64,000 nucleotides of DNA from an uncultured Bacteroidota bacterium (GTDB taxonomy: Bacteria > Bacteroidota > Ignavibacteria > UBA10030 > UBA6906). A program made the position numbers and the translations under genes. The notes under the pieces were generated by a model, which saw nothing but the letters and a program-made list of their open reading frames with translations, was not told where the DNA came from and did not search any database. The stretch spans positions 704,001 through 768,000 of the forward strand of contig CAVOYH010000004.1 of the NCBI GenBank assembly GCA_963700635.1. The letters run 5' to 3'. Below are positions 30,641-40,408 of this stretch, one piece after another. The number at the start of each line of letters is the position of its first letter. The first letter of the stretch is position 1.

Positions 30641-32760
30641 TGATCAATGACCGTGTGCGTGCATATGTCCGGGAATTTTCGATTGATGATATATTCCGAT
30701 TCTCCTTTTCCCATCTGAAGGGAGATCTCGCCGGCGGTATTACATCGGCGGTGGTGGCGCTCCCCCTGGCACTTGGCTTTGGTATCCTCGCTTACGGGGG
30801 TGATCCCCGGGGGGCAATCGCCGGATTGTATGGGGCGATCTTCACGGGTTTTTTTGCGTCTTTTTTTGGCGGTACACCGCGGCAGATAACCGGTCCGACC
30901 GGCGGCATGACCGTAATTCTCACACTCGTATACAGGGATCTCGGAGGGCCGGAAGCCCTGCTTGGAGCATGTCTGATTGCGGGACTTCTGCAGATCAGCT
31001 ATGGTCTGATGAAGGTGGGCAGGTTCATCTCTTTTGTCCCCTATCCGGTTGTTGTCGGCTTTACGAATGGTATCGCAATCCTCATCTTCTCCCAGCAACT
31101 TTCCCTGCTTGCAGGGGCGCCGCTGCTGGCTGTGATTTCCCTGGGTGTCATTATTCTGGCACCGTACGTTCACCGGGGAATCCCCCGCGCTCTTGTCGGA
31201 CTGCTTGTCGGAACCACAATCGCCGCACTGGCCGCCGATCGATGGGAGGTGCTCCGGTGGTCATTTGACACACAGAGCCTTTCGTTTGTTGTTTCGGATA
31301 CGCTCCGGACCATCGGAGAAATCCCCCGGTCGTTTACATTCCCTGGACTTCCGAAACTTGATTGGTCCACCTGGAGCAGGTTGCTCCCCGCGGGGTTGAC
31401 CATCTCGCTCCTGGGAGCACTCGAGACCCTGCTGGCATCCGTGGTAGCTGACAGCATGACCGGTGATCGTCACAATAGTGACCGGGAGTTGATCGGGCAG
31501 GGGATAGGAAATTTTGTGGCAGGCCTGTTCGGCGGTATTGCGGGAACGGGTGCGATAGTCCGCACAAACGTGAACATTCGGGCGGGCGGAACTACAAAAC
31601 TCTCGGGCATGTCACATGCGCTTGTGCTCGTAGCCATCATGATGTTGTTAGCTCCGTATGTCAGTGCGGTACCCATGGTCGTGCTTGCAGCCGTCCTGAC
31701 GATGACGGCCGTCGGGATGTTTGAGTGGGAACCGCTTCGTTTGCTGCCGAAGACGCCGGTGCCGGACGGAGTGGTGCTCTTGCTCACGATGGTGATCACG
31801 GTGGTCGCAGATCTGATCACGGCCGTGCTGGCCGGATTTGCGCTTGCCGGTTTTCTTTTTGTCTACCGGATGAGCGAACTGGGTGTCACAAACCTGCTCA
31901 CGGCCAACCGGACGGGCGTCCTTGACCAGGAGAAGATGGATCTCCTGCGAAAGCACCGGATTATCGCGTACGATATCGAGGGTCCGCTCTTTTTTGGGGC
32001 GGCTCGAAACTTCATACGGGAGATTGAGCGGGAATCCAGCTACCGCATCATAATCCTGAATATGCAGAGTGTCCCGGTTATCGATACGACCGGAGCCCTT
32101 GCGCTGGAGGAGATCGTTGACCGGGTCCGGCGTGACAGGAAGAAGCTGATTATTGCCGGTTTACGCAAGGAGGTGCGCACCATCCTGCATCGCCTGGGAG
32201 TATCGCAGAAGATCGGGGTGGGCAGCTTTGCCGCGGATCTGACCCGGGCGATCGACTATGCCGTTGCACACGCTACAGGTCAGGCCGAGCGGATACGACT
32301 GGGGAACTATCTATCCCAGGATCTGATTCTTCTGGATGTTGACGTGGAATCAAAGGAAGAGCTTTTCAAGATGATGGCTACACGAGCTCTGCGTGAAGGG
32401 TATATCAGCGATCTTGTGGCGTTTTCGCGGGACCTCTGGGAACGCGAGGAAAGTGCTTCCACAGGTCTGGGGAACGGCGTGGCCATGCCGCATTCCCGCT
32501 CCGGTTCGGCAGGCCGCGTCAGCGTAATCGTGGCGCGCCTCCGCCATAACATCCCGTACGAGACTCTCGACGGGAATCCTGTGCAGCTTGTATTTATGAT
32601 CGCCGCCTCCCAGGATAACGAAGTGTATCTGCACCTCCTCTCGCTCCTGGCAAAAGCATTGGAGAAACCCGGCGTCGTTGCGGCATTGGTGAACGCCGGA
32701 TCACAACACGATATGTACGACATTCTTGCACACGGGATCGACCATGAAGATCACTCCTAA
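30640..32760 (+). CDS. SulP-family anion permease with STAS domain and C-terminal PTS EIIA domain
   Basis: GDLAGGITSAVVALPLALGFG, GPTGG, ELIGQGIGN, GAIVRT, STAS (GPLFFGAA, IDTTG), EIIA (REESASTGLGNGVAMPHSR, DGNPVQLVFMI). Confidence 0.9.
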   Translation: MINDRVRAYVREFSIDDIFRFSFSHLKGDLAGGITSAVVALPLALGFGILAYGGDPRGAIAGLYGAIFTGFFASFFGGTPRQITGPTGGMTVILTLVYRDLGGPEALLGACLIAGLLQISYGLMKVGRFISFVPYPVVVGFTNGIAILIFSQQLSLLAGAPLLAVISLGVIILAPYVHRGIPRALVGLLVGTTIAALAADRWEVLRWSFDTQSLSFVVSDTLRTIGEIPRSFTFPGLPKLDWSTWSRLLPAGLTISLLGALETLLASVVADSMTGDRHNSDRELIGQGIGNFVAGLFGGIAGTGAIVRTNVNIRAGGTTKLSGMSHALVLVAIMMLLAPYVSAVPMVVLAAVLTMTAVGMFEWEPLRLLPKTPVPDGVVLLLTMVITVVADLITAVLAGFALAGFLFVYRMSELGVTNLLTANRTGVLDQEKMDLLRKHRIIAYDIEGPLFFGAARNFIREIERESSYRIIILNMQSVPVIDTTGALALEEIVDRVRRDRKKLIIAGLRKEVRTILHRLGVSQKIGVGSFAADLTRAIDYAVAHATGQAERIRLGNYLSQDLILLDVDVESKEELFKMMATRALREGYISDLVAFSRDLWEREESASTGLGNGVAMPHSRSGSAGRVSVIVARLRHNIPYETLDGNPVQLVFMIAASQDNEVYLHLLSLLAKALEKPGVVAALVNAGSQHDMYDILAHGIDHEDHS

Positions 32761-32992
32761 CATCGCAAACATGTACGGCTATATCAGCATTGCCGTGATG
32801 GTGGTGTTGCTTGTCCTCGTCCTCTTTGAGTGGGTTCCACGCTCGTGGTACTATCCGCTCTTCGCCGTGGCCGTGGCGCTGTATATGGTGCGCGTCACGA
32901 TGCGCCTCGTTCTGGGGCGACAGGCCAGGTTGGACAAGGAAGAAAAAATGAAACACCCGGACAAACCTGCGGATCCGGAAGCGGAGTCCTGA
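32744..32992 (+). CDS. Small two-TM membrane protein
   Basis: Overlaps SulP end and abuts the next gene; two hydrophobic helices and a charged tail. Confidence 0.65.
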   Translation: MKITPNIANMYGYISIAVMVVLLVLVLFEWVPRSWYYPLFAVAVALYMVRVTMRLVLGRQARLDKEEKMKHPDKPADPEAES

Positions 32993-32995
32993 CGT

Positions 32996-33946
32996 ATGGT
33001 CCGGTTCGGGATCCTGGGGACTGCCGCGATTGCGCGGGTCTTTCTGGGTGTGCCTCTGCGCCAGGCCACCATCGCCGCCGTGGCATCACGTAATGCCGCC
33101 CGGGCAGCGACTTTTGCGCGTGAGTACGCGATTCCCGTAAGTTACGGGAGTTATGAGGACCTGCTTGCCGATCCCTCGATCGATGCGGTCTATGTCCCTT
33201 TGCCCCCGGCCCTTCATGCTCCGTGGGTCGTCCGGGCAGCGCAAGCCGGAAAACATGTGCTGGTCGAAAAGCCGGCAGCACCCGGATCAGCTGACGTCCG
33301 GTTGATGATTGAGGCTTGCCGGAAGCACGGGGTGCTCTACATGGAAGCGTTTATGTACCGTTTTAAGGCGATTCACCGGCGCGTGCGGGACCTCGTGGCC
33401 GCCGGTGCGTTCGGGGAACTCCGGTTTATCGACTTTAGCTGGTGCTTCAATATGGAGGCCCTGCGTCGCAGTCCATTTCGGCTGAATCCAGAGGCCGGGG
33501 GTGGAGCGCTCAACGATCTGGGGGTCTATGGTGTTGATTTTCTCCGCTTCCTCGGCCTCCCGGCGCCCACGGTGCTGCATGCCACGATTCTGAGAGACCC
33601 CGCGGGAGGTGTTGATACCTTCTCGCATGCAGTCCTGAGGACAGGCCCGACAGTCATGGGTCTTACCTGTGGCTTTACCTGTGATGCGAACTATTACGTT
33701 CTCGGCGGGGAAAAAGGGTCGGTGTATGTTCCCGGGTCGTTGTCAGGCAGACTGGTGCCCAATGTTGCCTATACGCACTTTTTTGAAAACGATGTAAAGC
33801 AGGAAGAAGTGTTTGCGGCAGAGAACCCTTACGTAGCAGAATTGGAGTACTTTGCCGGCTGTATCCTCCATGGCACGCCGCCCGAGGCGGACGCCGAGGG
33901 GAGTCTCGCAAATGTGGAAATCCTGGAGAGGATCAAGGCGTTCTGA
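32996..33946 (+). CDS. Gfo/Idh/MocA family oxidoreductase
   Basis: RFGILGTAAIA, GKHVLVEKP, MEAFMYRF, GGGALNDLGVY. Confidence 0.9.
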   Translation: MVRFGILGTAAIARVFLGVPLRQATIAAVASRNAARAATFAREYAIPVSYGSYEDLLADPSIDAVYVPLPPALHAPWVVRAAQAGKHVLVEKPAAPGSADVRLMIEACRKHGVLYMEAFMYRFKAIHRRVRDLVAAGAFGELRFIDFSWCFNMEALRRSPFRLNPEAGGGALNDLGVYGVDFLRFLGLPAPTVLHATILRDPAGGVDTFSHAVLRTGPTVMGLTCGFTCDANYYVLGGEKGSVYVPGSLSGRLVPNVAYTHFFENDVKQEEVFAAENPYVAELEYFAGCILHGTPPEADAEGSLANVEILERIKAF

Positions 33947-33958
33947 ACAGACCGCGTT

Positions 33959-34261
33959 CTACTTTGCGGCTGAGAGGTACTGTACTTCTTCTCGGCCCAC
34001 GACTTCTGCTGTATGGGAGGTGTTGGAAGGGAGGTCGAGGCGGTCGCCCGGCTTCATGAGCCATTCCTGCTTGTCGGTCTTTATCTTCATCTTGCCGGCA
34101 ACGATCACGATAAAATCGTCAAAAGGGTGCTTGTGCCTGCCGTACTTCGTCCCGGGTCTGTCAGAATACATCTCGAATTCGAGGCCCTCGGCCTCCAGCA
34201 TCTTCTGCAGATCCCCGAGCGTTGGCTTTTTGGGCTTGGTCCACCGTACAATATCAACCAT
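33959..34261 (-). CDS. Cupin domain protein
   Basis: PGTKYGRHKH, G.MKI, MKPGDRLDLP.NT.H.AEV. Confidence 0.82.
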   Translation of the reverse strand: MVDIVRWTKPKKPTLGDLQKMLEAEGLEFEMYSDRPGTKYGRHKHPFDDFIVIVAGKMKIKTDKQEWLMKPGDRLDLPSNTSHTAEVVGREEVQYLSAAK

Positions 34262-34290
34262 ATCGCTTCTCCTTACAGTGCGTCAGGTGA

Positions 34291-35403
34291 TTACAGACAT
34301 TCTCTGTAGTAGTCTTCGTATATCGTCACAATTTTTTTCACATCAAAATGCTCGACGGCGCGCGAGCGGCATGCCTGCCGGAACATGGCCATCCTGGTCT
34401 CGTTGCTGAGGAGTTCGATGGCATACTTGGCCATCCGCCCGATGTCTCCGATCTCCGCGATATACCCCGTGTGGCCATGGACCTGAAGTTCGGGGAGCCC
34501 GCCGACGCTTGTGGAAATCACGGGCACACCGCACGCCATGGCTTCAAGCGCCGCCAGGCCAAAACTTTCGGACTGGCTGGGCATGATCATAAGATCAGAG
34601 GAGGAGAGAATCTGTACAAGTTCAGTCTGCTTGCCAAGAAAACGTACATGGTCCTGAATCCCCAGTTCACGCACCAGGAGTTCACACGCCGAGCGGTCGG
34701 GACCGTCGCCGACGAGCACCAGCGTGGCCGGGAGCTTTTTCAGGATTTCGTCAAAGATGCGTATGGCATCCGAGACCCGTTTCACGGCGCGGAAGTTGGA
34801 GATGTGTACAAGAATCTTCTCGTCAGCCTTCGCAAATCGTGCGCGAACCTGGCCGCACTCCACACGGCGGTATTTTTCCGTGTCGACGAAGTTCGGGATG
34901 ACTCTGATATCCTTGTCGATGCCGTAATTCGTAAGAGTCTTCTCCTTGAGGAAACGGGAAACCGCAGACACCCCATCACTCTGTTCGATGCTGAATTTCA
35001 TGACCGGAAGAAAGCTGGGTTCCAGTCCGACCAGCGTGATGTCCGTTCCATGCAGCGTCGTCATGACTTTAAGATCTCCCCCGAGGATCTGCCGGGCAAG
35101 ATATGCGCTCGTGGCATGAGGGATTGCATAATGGGCGTGCAGGATGTCCAGTTTTTCAAAACGGGCAACCTCAACAATTTTGCTGGCCAGTGAAGGGGTA
35201 TAGAGGGGAAACTCGAAGAGGGGGTAGCTGGACATCTCCACTTCGTGGTAAAAGATGTTTCCCTGGTATGAGTCCAGGCGCATCGGCATCGCATAACTGA
35301 CAAAATGGATCTGATGGCCCCTTTCCGCGAGCCCTTTGCCAAGTTCCGTAGCGATCACACCACTCCCACCGTAGGTGGGATAACAGACGATTCCGATCTT
35401 CAT
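34291..35403 (-). CDS. bshA: N-acetyl-alpha-D-glucosaminyl L-malate synthase (bacillithiol biosynthesis)
   Basis: MKIGIVCYPTYGGSGVIATELG, HAHYAIPHA, TTLHGTDITLVG, HISNFRAVKR, ESFGLAALEAM. Confidence 0.93.
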   Translation of the reverse strand: MKIGIVCYPTYGGSGVIATELGKGLAERGHQIHFVSYAMPMRLDSYQGNIFYHEVEMSSYPLFEFPLYTPSLASKIVEVARFEKLDILHAHYAIPHATSAYLARQILGGDLKVMTTLHGTDITLVGLEPSFLPVMKFSIEQSDGVSAVSRFLKEKTLTNYGIDKDIRVIPNFVDTEKYRRVECGQVRARFAKADEKILVHISNFRAVKRVSDAIRIFDEILKKLPATLVLVGDGPDRSACELLVRELGIQDHVRFLGKQTELVQILSSSDLMIMPSQSESFGLAALEAMACGVPVISTSVGGLPELQVHGHTGYIAEIGDIGRMAKYAIELLSNETRMAMFRQACRSRAVEHFDVKKIVTIYEDYYRECL

Positions 35404-35491
35404 ATGTCCTTTCATAGTGCGAAGAAGATACTCAAGGTGAAGGTAAGCTGCAAGACCTTTAAACACTCACGTGTGAGGGCCATCCTGCCTC

Positions 35492-36097
35492 ATGGCTGAC
35501 ACGTACCTGACCGTCGCATATCGATCTCAACACGAGATCAAGGTTCATGGTTCACGGTTTCTGGCGGAAGTCTTCCCGCTGGACCGTCTGGACCATGTTC
35601 AGGAGACCCTTGATTCCGTCCGTAAGGCGCTGCATGACGCGACCCATCATTGTTTTGCCTACCGTTTGGGCAGTTCGGGAGAACTCTACCGCGCATACGA
35701 TGACGGGGAACCCGGCGGGTCGGCCGGAAGGCCGATCCTGGCGGCTATTGACCGCCCCGGCCTGACAAACGTGCTCGTGATCGTAACTCGCTACTTCGGG
35801 GGGACCAAACTCGGGGTTGGGGGTCTGGCGCGGGCGTACGGGGAAGCCGCGGATGGTGCCCTGAAGTCGGCGGGGAAGCGGACCTGTTACCTGATGGCGC
35901 ACTGCACCGTCAGGTTTGCACATGCCCACATCAGCGCTGTGATGCGCACTGTTTCACGGTTGCAGGCGACGATTGTTGACACGCAGTACGATGAACAGGT
36001 TCTGATGCGGATCGAGATCCGCCGGTCCATGGTCGATCGTCTCCGGGCTGAGCTCGTTGAATCGACCAGCGGCCAGCTCCTGCTTGATCCGCCCTGA
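35492..36097 (+). CDS. yigZ: YigZ/IMPACT family protein
   Basis: GSRFLA, ATHHCFAYR, DDGEPGGSAGRPIL, VTRYFGGTKLGVGGL.RAY. Confidence 0.9.
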   Translation: MADTYLTVAYRSQHEIKVHGSRFLAEVFPLDRLDHVQETLDSVRKALHDATHHCFAYRLGSSGELYRAYDDGEPGGSAGRPILAAIDRPGLTNVLVIVTRYFGGTKLGVGGLARAYGEAADGALKSAGKRTCYLMAHCTVRFAHAHISAVMRTVSRLQATIVDTQYDEQVLMRIEIRRSMVDRLRAELVESTSGQLLLDPP

Positions 36098-36110
36098 TCA
36101 GAGGCTCGTG

Positions 36111-37319
36111 TTATGCCGTAGTTGTGGCCGTGACGATCTGCATGGTGTCGAGCGCGATGACGAGTTCTTCGTTTGTGGGGATGACGAGAACAGCAGTCCG
36201 GGATCCCGTTCGGGAGATGTTCTTCTCCCGCTCCGGCGCGCTGTTTTTTTCCTCATCCAGTTCAATCCCCAGAAAAGCGAGGTTCTCACAGCACGCCGTA
36301 CGCACGTCGGTGCTGTTCTCCCCGATCCCTCCGGTAAACACCACGGCGTCGACCCCGCCCATTGCCGCTGCGTATGCGCCGATATATTTTTTCACGCGGT
36401 ACGTGAACACATCAAAGGCATACCGCGCTTTGCGGTCGTCATTCTTCATCTCCTCGACAATCTCCCGCATGTCGCTGCTGATGCCGGAGATTCCCTGCAA
36501 CCCGCTGTGCTTGTTGAGCAGCGTGCCAGCCTCGTTCAACGTGAGCCCTTCTTTCCCCATGATGTAGAGGATAATCGAAGTATCCAGATCGCCACAGCGG
36601 GTTCCCATGAGCAGACCCTCCAGCGGGGTGAATCCCATGGAGGTATCAACGGAGACGCCAAGGTCCACGGCAGCCATGCTGCATCCGTTGCCCAGATGGC
36701 AGGTGATGAGTTTTAGCTCTGTCAGCTTGCGGCCGAGCATGCCCGCAGCGCGTTCGGATATATACCGGTGGGATGTTCCGTGAAACCCGTACCGGCGAAT
36801 TTTGTACTGTGAATAGAGCGCGAAGGGGATGCCGTAGAGGTAGGCCTTCTTTGGCATACCCTGATGAAATGCCGTGTCAAACACCGCGACCTGGGGCGTC
36901 CCCGGAAGGTTGGCATCACAGGCTGAAATCCCCCTGAGGTTGTGAGGGTTATGCAGGGGTGCGAGCTCGATATTCTGACGCAATGTCTTGATCACCTCGC
37001 CCGTGATCAGGACCGAATCCGAGAATGTTTCCCCCCCGTGGACCACCCTGTGGCCGATGGCCTGGATGTCAGATTTGTCGCTGATGACGCCGTGATTCCG
37101 GCTCAGAAGAATAGCGAGGATATATTCGATAGCGACCGTATGGTCAACAATCTCGCCGGCGATTTTTATTTCATCACCATCATACCGGATGTTGCTGAGA
37201 GTTGCGCCAGCCATGCCAATACGTTCTACCGATCCTCCGGCCAGATGTTTTTGCTCGGCCCCATCAATGAGCTGATATTTTACCGATGAGCTTCCACAAT
37301 TCAAGACCAGAATTTTCAT
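36111..37319 (-). CDS. ackA: Acetate kinase
   Basis: LVLNCGSSSVKY, GHRVVHGGE, APLHNP, VFDTAFH, RRYGFHGTSH, HLGNGCS, TSMGFTPLEG, FTGGIGEN, TNEEL. Confidence 0.96.
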   Translation of the reverse strand: MKILVLNCGSSSVKYQLIDGAEQKHLAGGSVERIGMAGATLSNIRYDGDEIKIAGEIVDHTVAIEYILAILLSRNHGVISDKSDIQAIGHRVVHGGETFSDSVLITGEVIKTLRQNIELAPLHNPHNLRGISACDANLPGTPQVAVFDTAFHQGMPKKAYLYGIPFALYSQYKIRRYGFHGTSHRYISERAAGMLGRKLTELKLITCHLGNGCSMAAVDLGVSVDTSMGFTPLEGLLMGTRCGDLDTSIILYIMGKEGLTLNEAGTLLNKHSGLQGISGISSDMREIVEEMKNDDRKARYAFDVFTYRVKKYIGAYAAAMGGVDAVVFTGGIGENSTDVRTACCENLAFLGIELDEEKNSAPEREKNISRTGSRTAVLVIPTNEELVIALDTMQIVTATTTA

Positions 37320-38248
37320 AGCCGTTTACCATCCTCGTTATATTTGAAGTAGCCCAGTCCGACCTTTTTTCCGAGCTTGCCCTCACGGACCATACGGCGG
37401 AGCAAAGGGCAGGGGCGGTAACGCGGCTCTCCCAGTTCATGCCAGAGTGTCTCCATCCACATCAACACCTCATCAAGTCCCATCGCATCGGCCATCTCCA
37501 GCGGACCACTCTGCATCCCATACCCCAGGCGCATGGCGGTGTCGATATCCGCTGCGCTGGCAATTCCTTCCATCAACGCGTGCATCGCCTCGTTCAGCAT
37601 CGGCAGGATCGTGCGCGTGGTGATGAAGCCGGGATACTCAAACACTTCGACCGGGGTCTTGCCGATTCTCTCGGCAAGGGACTTTACGATAGCAAAGGTC
37701 TCGTTGGATGTTTTCATCCCGCGTACGATCTCCACCAGGGGGATGAAGGGAACCGGATTCAGAAAATGCATTCCGATGACCCGGTCGGAGTGTACGGCGG
37801 TTTCAGCAAGTTTGGAAAGGCTCAGGGTCGCTGTGTTGGAAATAAAGACGGCATTCTCCTTCCCGATCGCGTAAAAGTCGGCGAGGATCTTCCGTTTCAG
37901 ATCGTAGTTCTCATCCACCGCTTCAATCACTATTTCGCAGTCCTTGAGTTCGGAGAGATGCACCGTGCCCCGGATCCGGGACAGGACCGCGCGCTTTTCG
38001 GATGGGGTCTTTCCCCACCGCTTGATCTCGAGGTCCATCGTCCGGCTTAACCCCTCAAGTCCGGCCGCCAAAGCAGCCTCGTCTTTCTCCACTCCGATCA
38101 CTTCAATTCCGGCTCCGGCGAGCGTTTCGGCAATACCCTGCCCCATAATACCAAGGCCTATCACACCCACCGTGTGAAAACGATCATCACCCTTGCGCTT
38201 CCGCACAATGGGTGATTCGAGATCCTCAAATCTCAACTTCTGTGACAT
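37316..38248 (-). CDS. 3-hydroxybutyryl-CoA (3-hydroxyacyl-CoA) dehydrogenase
   Basis: GLGIMGQGIA, IEAVDE, SNT, GMHFLNPV..PLVE, PGFITTR, GPLEMADAMGLD, GKLGKKVG.GYF. Confidence 0.9.
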   Translation of the reverse strand: MSQKLRFEDLESPIVRKRKGDDRFHTVGVIGLGIMGQGIAETLAGAGIEVIGVEKDEAALAAGLEGLSRTMDLEIKRWGKTPSEKRAVLSRIRGTVHLSELKDCEIVIEAVDENYDLKRKILADFYAIGKENAVFISNTATLSLSKLAETAVHSDRVIGMHFLNPVPFIPLVEIVRGMKTSNETFAIVKSLAERIGKTPVEVFEYPGFITTRTILPMLNEAMHALMEGIASAADIDTAMRLGYGMQSGPLEMADAMGLDEVLMWMETLWHELGEPRYRPCPLLRRMVREGKLGKKVGLGYFKYNEDGKRL

Positions 38249-38293
38249 ACGTCATCCTTCTTCATAGATATTGTTTCGCACCGTCGTTTGGTA

Positions 38294-38983
38294 TCAGGGG
38301 AACAACACGTAGGCATTCCGGAGGAGGTGGAGCAGTGCGATGTTACATCCTGCTGCGACCGCCCAGGCGGTAGCCGCAATGAGGACGGCCTTGATTCTAC
38401 TGATACCACAGAGAACAGAAAGAGCCCACCCCATAGCCCCTACAAACCATAAGGTAAACATATTTAATGAGGTAAGCAAAAGGGCCGAGGTATACCGGGA
38501 AACCCCTCCTGCCAGAGCGAGTGCCGTCCAGGGGTACGCCGCCGTGTCTGGTGCAAACACGGATATGTGATAGACCGTTTCCAGAATCCGTTCACAAATC
38601 TCCACAACACCGACCCCTACCGAGATGCTCATAAGGTGTTTCCCCCGGGGAGGCGTGCCTGCCCCGAAAGCGAGCAGAAGCATGTACACGATCAGCGCAC
38701 GGGCCGACCAGCGCAACAGAAGCTGAGCGGGGAGGATGGATACCCGGAGCGGGAGGGCCGCCTCAAGATCCTCCTGTACCACACGACGCTCCGAGGCCGT
38801 GGCAGAAGGGGGGAGGTGTGCAAGGGTTGCCATGACAGAGCGGGGATGCGCCGCGACCTCAATCATCCCGGCAATCGCTGCGAGGATGCAAAAGCTGAGC
38901 AACCAGTGCGGCGCCTTCCGTATGCGCAGCGCTGCCCATGCGGGTCTGAAGGGTACAACCCAGGCGAGAAGATGCTCAGACAT
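38294..38983 (-). CDS. Yip1-like multi-pass membrane protein
   Basis: PFRPAWAALR....WL, several TM helices, LNMFTLW....G.AL......SR.KA. Confidence 0.6.
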   Translation of the reverse strand: MSEHLLAWVVPFRPAWAALRIRKAPHWLLSFCILAAIAGMIEVAAHPRSVMATLAHLPPSATASERRVVQEDLEAALPLRVSILPAQLLLRWSARALIVYMLLLAFGAGTPPRGKHLMSISVGVGVVEICERILETVYHISVFAPDTAAYPWTALALAGGVSRYTSALLLTSLNMFTLWFVGAMGWALSVLCGISRIKAVLIAATAWAVAAGCNIALLHLLRNAYVLFP

Positions 38984-39764
38984 AGGAGAGCCGGCGATCT
39001 TCCGGACCGTCTGCAACAAGGCGCACAAACAGGTCTTCCAGCGTGTCCCCCGCCTTTACACCGACCATCGACTGAGCTCGTTCGTGCAACTGTGCCATCG
39101 GACTCTGTAGCAACGTCCGGCCCCTGTGTATGATGCAGAGGTGCGTGCAGAAACGCTGGACCGTATCGAGTACGTGTGACGTCAGCACGATCGTGGCCCC
39201 CCGCGAAGAGAGTGCGAGAAGCGCCTGCCGGATGTACCTCGTCGCAACAGCATCCACGGCCTCCAGTGGCTCATCCAGAATCAGAAGGTCCGGCGCGTGG
39301 ATGATCGCCGCGGCCAGGGAAACCTTCTTCTTCATGCCGGTGGAAAATGTCCGGATCGTCTGTGCGTCATCATCCGGGAGATCCAGGACCTCAAGCAGCT
39401 CGGCGGTCCGCCGCGCGCTTTCTCCGGGAGGAAGGCCCTCCATGTTCCCCATCCACACAAGATATTCTCGGGCCGACAACCAGTCAAAATAGAAGGGTTC
39501 GTCCAGAACAAAACCGATCCGGCGCTTCACATCGGGATCACGGAGCGGCGCAGGTGATCCCAGGAGTGCTACCTGCCCGCTCTCCGCATGTTCCAGTCCC
39601 GCCAGGAGCCGGATGGTGGTGGATTTCCCCGCACCGTTGAGTCCGATAATGCCGCAGATCGATCCCCGGGGAACGGCGAGCGTCAGATGATCCAGCGCCC
39701 GGTGCCCGCCTTCGTAGGTCTTGACGACGTCCGTCAGGGTGATGGCGTCTGTATGGTGTGCCAT
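38976..39764 (-). CDS. ABC transporter ATP-binding protein (ABC-2/multidrug type)
   Basis: GLNGAGKST, FSTGMKKK, LILDEP, TSH, TLEDLF. Confidence 0.92.
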   Translation of the reverse strand: MAHHTDAITLTDVVKTYEGGHRALDHLTLAVPRGSICGIIGLNGAGKSTTIRLLAGLEHAESGQVALLGSPAPLRDPDVKRRIGFVLDEPFYFDWLSAREYLVWMGNMEGLPPGESARRTAELLEVLDLPDDDAQTIRTFSTGMKKKVSLAAAIIHAPDLLILDEPLEAVDAVATRYIRQALLALSSRGATIVLTSHVLDTVQRFCTHLCIIHRGRTLLQSPMAQLHERAQSMVGVKAGDTLEDLFVRLVADGPEDRRLSYV

Positions 39765-40408
39765 AGTGTCGGAAACTGTTTGTGAATACGATTGGCGGCA
39801 TGGGGAAGCGCCTTGAACCACCAGACCGCGGCCGCCGCAGGGGTGTACACAAGGAGCAGCAGCTCGCCCTGTTCCATCGTGGAAAGCAAAAGATATGGTA
39901 TCGAGACCACGCCGAGGAGGACCAGCATCACCAGTCCTGCGGCCGCATCTTCAAGCCCCCATCCACTGCGTGCGCGGGGCTGCTGCCAGGAGATGGAGTT
40001 CCCCGCGGCAAGCAGAGGGAACACGACGGAAAGTACGTACAGTGCACAATGAAAAAAATCTTCCGTCGCGGGGGGGGAGGGTTGGATAAATGCCGTAAGC
40101 ACAACACAACAGCTCACCACGCCGCAGGTCAGTATAAGCGTTGCGGCATTTTTTGCGCGGAGATACTCCGTCCATTCTGCAGGGAGCAGCGCATAGGCCG
40201 TAAGCTGTCCCTGCCAGGTACTCAACGTGTTGTTGTAGAACGGTTCCAGAGCAAGAAACGCAGCAACAAGCGCGGCGGCAAAAGGAGAGCCGATGTGGGG
40301 CCATAAGGAGACAAACGGTGCAAGGACGGCCAGTGGTAGCATGCGTACCAGGTGATCCGGGCCGGCAGCACCGCGGAGTTCCAGCGACACCAGAGTCCAC
40401 CTACCCAT
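39734..40408 (-). CDS. Putative ABC-2 permease-like membrane protein
   Basis: About 6 TM helices, Y.LLP.....YL.AKN motif; overlaps both neighbours. Confidence 0.65.
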   Translation of the reverse strand: MGRWTLVSLELRGAAGPDHLVRMLPLAVLAPFVSLWPHIGSPFAAALVAAFLALEPFYNNTLSTWQGQLTAYALLPAEWTEYLRAKNAATLILTCGVVSCCVVLTAFIQPSPPATEDFFHCALYVLSVVFPLLAAGNSISWQQPRARSGWGLEDAAAGLVMLVLLGVVSIPYLLLSTMEQGELLLLVYTPAAAAVWWFKALPHAANRIHKQFPTLWHTIQTPSP

